DNA from: a bacterium
Lineage (GTDB): Bacteria > Patescibacteriota > Saccharimonadia > UBA4664
Direction of reading: 5' to 3'
Assembly (NCBI GenBank): GCA_016699105.1
Contig: CP064960.1
Span: 392,727-456,726, forward strand
Length of the DNA stretch: 64,000 bases
Part shown: piece after piece, positions 63,210 through 64,000 of the stretch
How the letters are laid out: every line of letters begins with the position of its first letter
Numbering within the stretch: position 1 is the first letter of the stretch
Position numbers and translations under genes: made by a program
The notes under the pieces: generated by a model
Database searches by the model: none
What the model was told of the DNA's origin: nothing
Seen by the model: only the letters and a program-made list of their open reading frames with translations

Positions 63210-63249
63210 TTAATATACTTTTAGCTAGCCAAATTGTATAATCACCTCA

Positions 63250-63421
63250 GTTCAAGAGAGTGTTTGAAGCGGAGTAACCGCCCCGTGAGCTCCGTTTTAG
63301 CCAGTAACGTTACATTGGCTGCAGAGAGTCCGAAGTAGAAATGTCTTACTTTGGAAAGTCTGGTGGAACCGTCCGCAGTATGTGGCTCAGACACGCACAA
63401 ATATTTGTGGCGTGTTTTTGT
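63250..63421 (+). promoter_or_regulatory. putative T-box riboswitch leader (Thr-specific) upstream of thrS
   Basis: AGAGAG motif. Candidate specifier aACCg. T-box-like tGGTGGAACCGtccgc at 63362-63378. Terminator ACGCACAAATA/TATTTGTGGCGTG plus TTTTTG at 63393-63421. Confidence 0.45.
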
Positions 63422-63453
63422 ATAAGACAGCATAAACTATAGGATATAAGTCA

Positions 63454-64000
63454 TGGCAGAAAAGTTAGAAAATTCACAATTATATGCAATGCGACATTCA
63501 CTGGCGCACATTATGGCGACTGCTATTGCTGAACTATATCCGGTGTGAAATTTGGTGTCGGTCCGGTAGTTGAACATGGTTTTTACTATGACGTTGATGT
63601 AGCCCAGAAGCTTGGTGATGCAGATCTGGTCCGAATCGAAACGAAAATGCACGAAGTAATAAAAGCTGATTATGCGTTTGAACATTCGACGATGGAGTTG
63701 GATGAGGCCATAGATTATTTCACACAGCATGATCAAACGTACAAGTTGGATCTGCTCAATGACCTGAAAACGCACGGCACGACGGTAGCCAAAGATATCG
63801 ACCGATCCCAGCTTGGCGTTGGCGACGAGGCTAAGATAGAAGAAGTCGGCATTTATACTGACGGTCCGTTTACCGACCTGTGCCGCGGTCCACACGTGGC
63901 TTCGACAGGCAAAGTGGGCGTATTTAAGTTGATGCGTGTCTCGGGAGCCTACTGGCGGGGCAATGAGAATAATGCCCAGTTGCAGCGCATTTATGGCGTG
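63454..64000 (+). CDS. thrS: threonyl-tRNA synthetase (5' part, no TGS domain), with a G-run frameshift at 63542-63543; continues past the window
   Basis: LYAMRHSLAHIMATAIAELYP, then (+1 frame) GVKFGVGPVVEHGFYYDVD...CRGPHVASTGKVGVFKLMRVSGAYW. Confidence 0.85.

Noticed and set aside
63437-63895. 152-aa minus-strand ORF
   Set aside because: It is antisense to the thrS catalytic region, and the sense strand gives a perfect ThrS match.

Overview
This 64-kb window is chromosomal, about 50% GC, and densely coding on both strands. The gene content fits a small-genome monoderm bacterium. My guess is a Patescibacteria/CPR, Saccharibacteria-like organism, but that is inference from gene repertoire only: a secretin-less type IV pilus, WecA, and an RNase J with a low-complexity N-terminus. 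The window holds translation and RNA-turnover genes (truB, rpsO, pnp, rnj, rpsF-ssb-rpsR, efp, tlyA, ychF, rplY, cmk, nadD, a thrS 5' part) and DNA-metabolism genes (family-4 UDG, ftsK, recA-recX, xerC/D-like). It also holds a complete Gram-positive-type type IV pilus locus from about 24.2 to 36.0 kb: pilM/N/O, pilB, pilT, pilC, two tandem major pilins, pilD, four minor pilins including one with a VWA domain, then a Wzy_C/TPR protein. An envelope GT2 plus WecA pair and seven tRNAs are present. A low-GC islet abuts tRNA-Asp; it carries degenerate repeats of the tRNA 3' end and a zincin, an APH-like kinase, a GNAT, and two MFS efflux pumps are adjacent. The most pervasive feature is technical: at least 25 genes, including essential ones (rpsO, pnp, recA, thrS, nadD), are broken by single-base frameshifts. 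In nearly every case I reconstructed, the break is one missing base in an A, G, C or T homopolymer run. That pattern points to uncorrected homopolymer sequencing errors rather than real pseudogenes. The CDS spans below therefore give the inferred intact gene and state the frameshift explicitly. No CRISPR array, rRNA gene or recognisable phage block was found.
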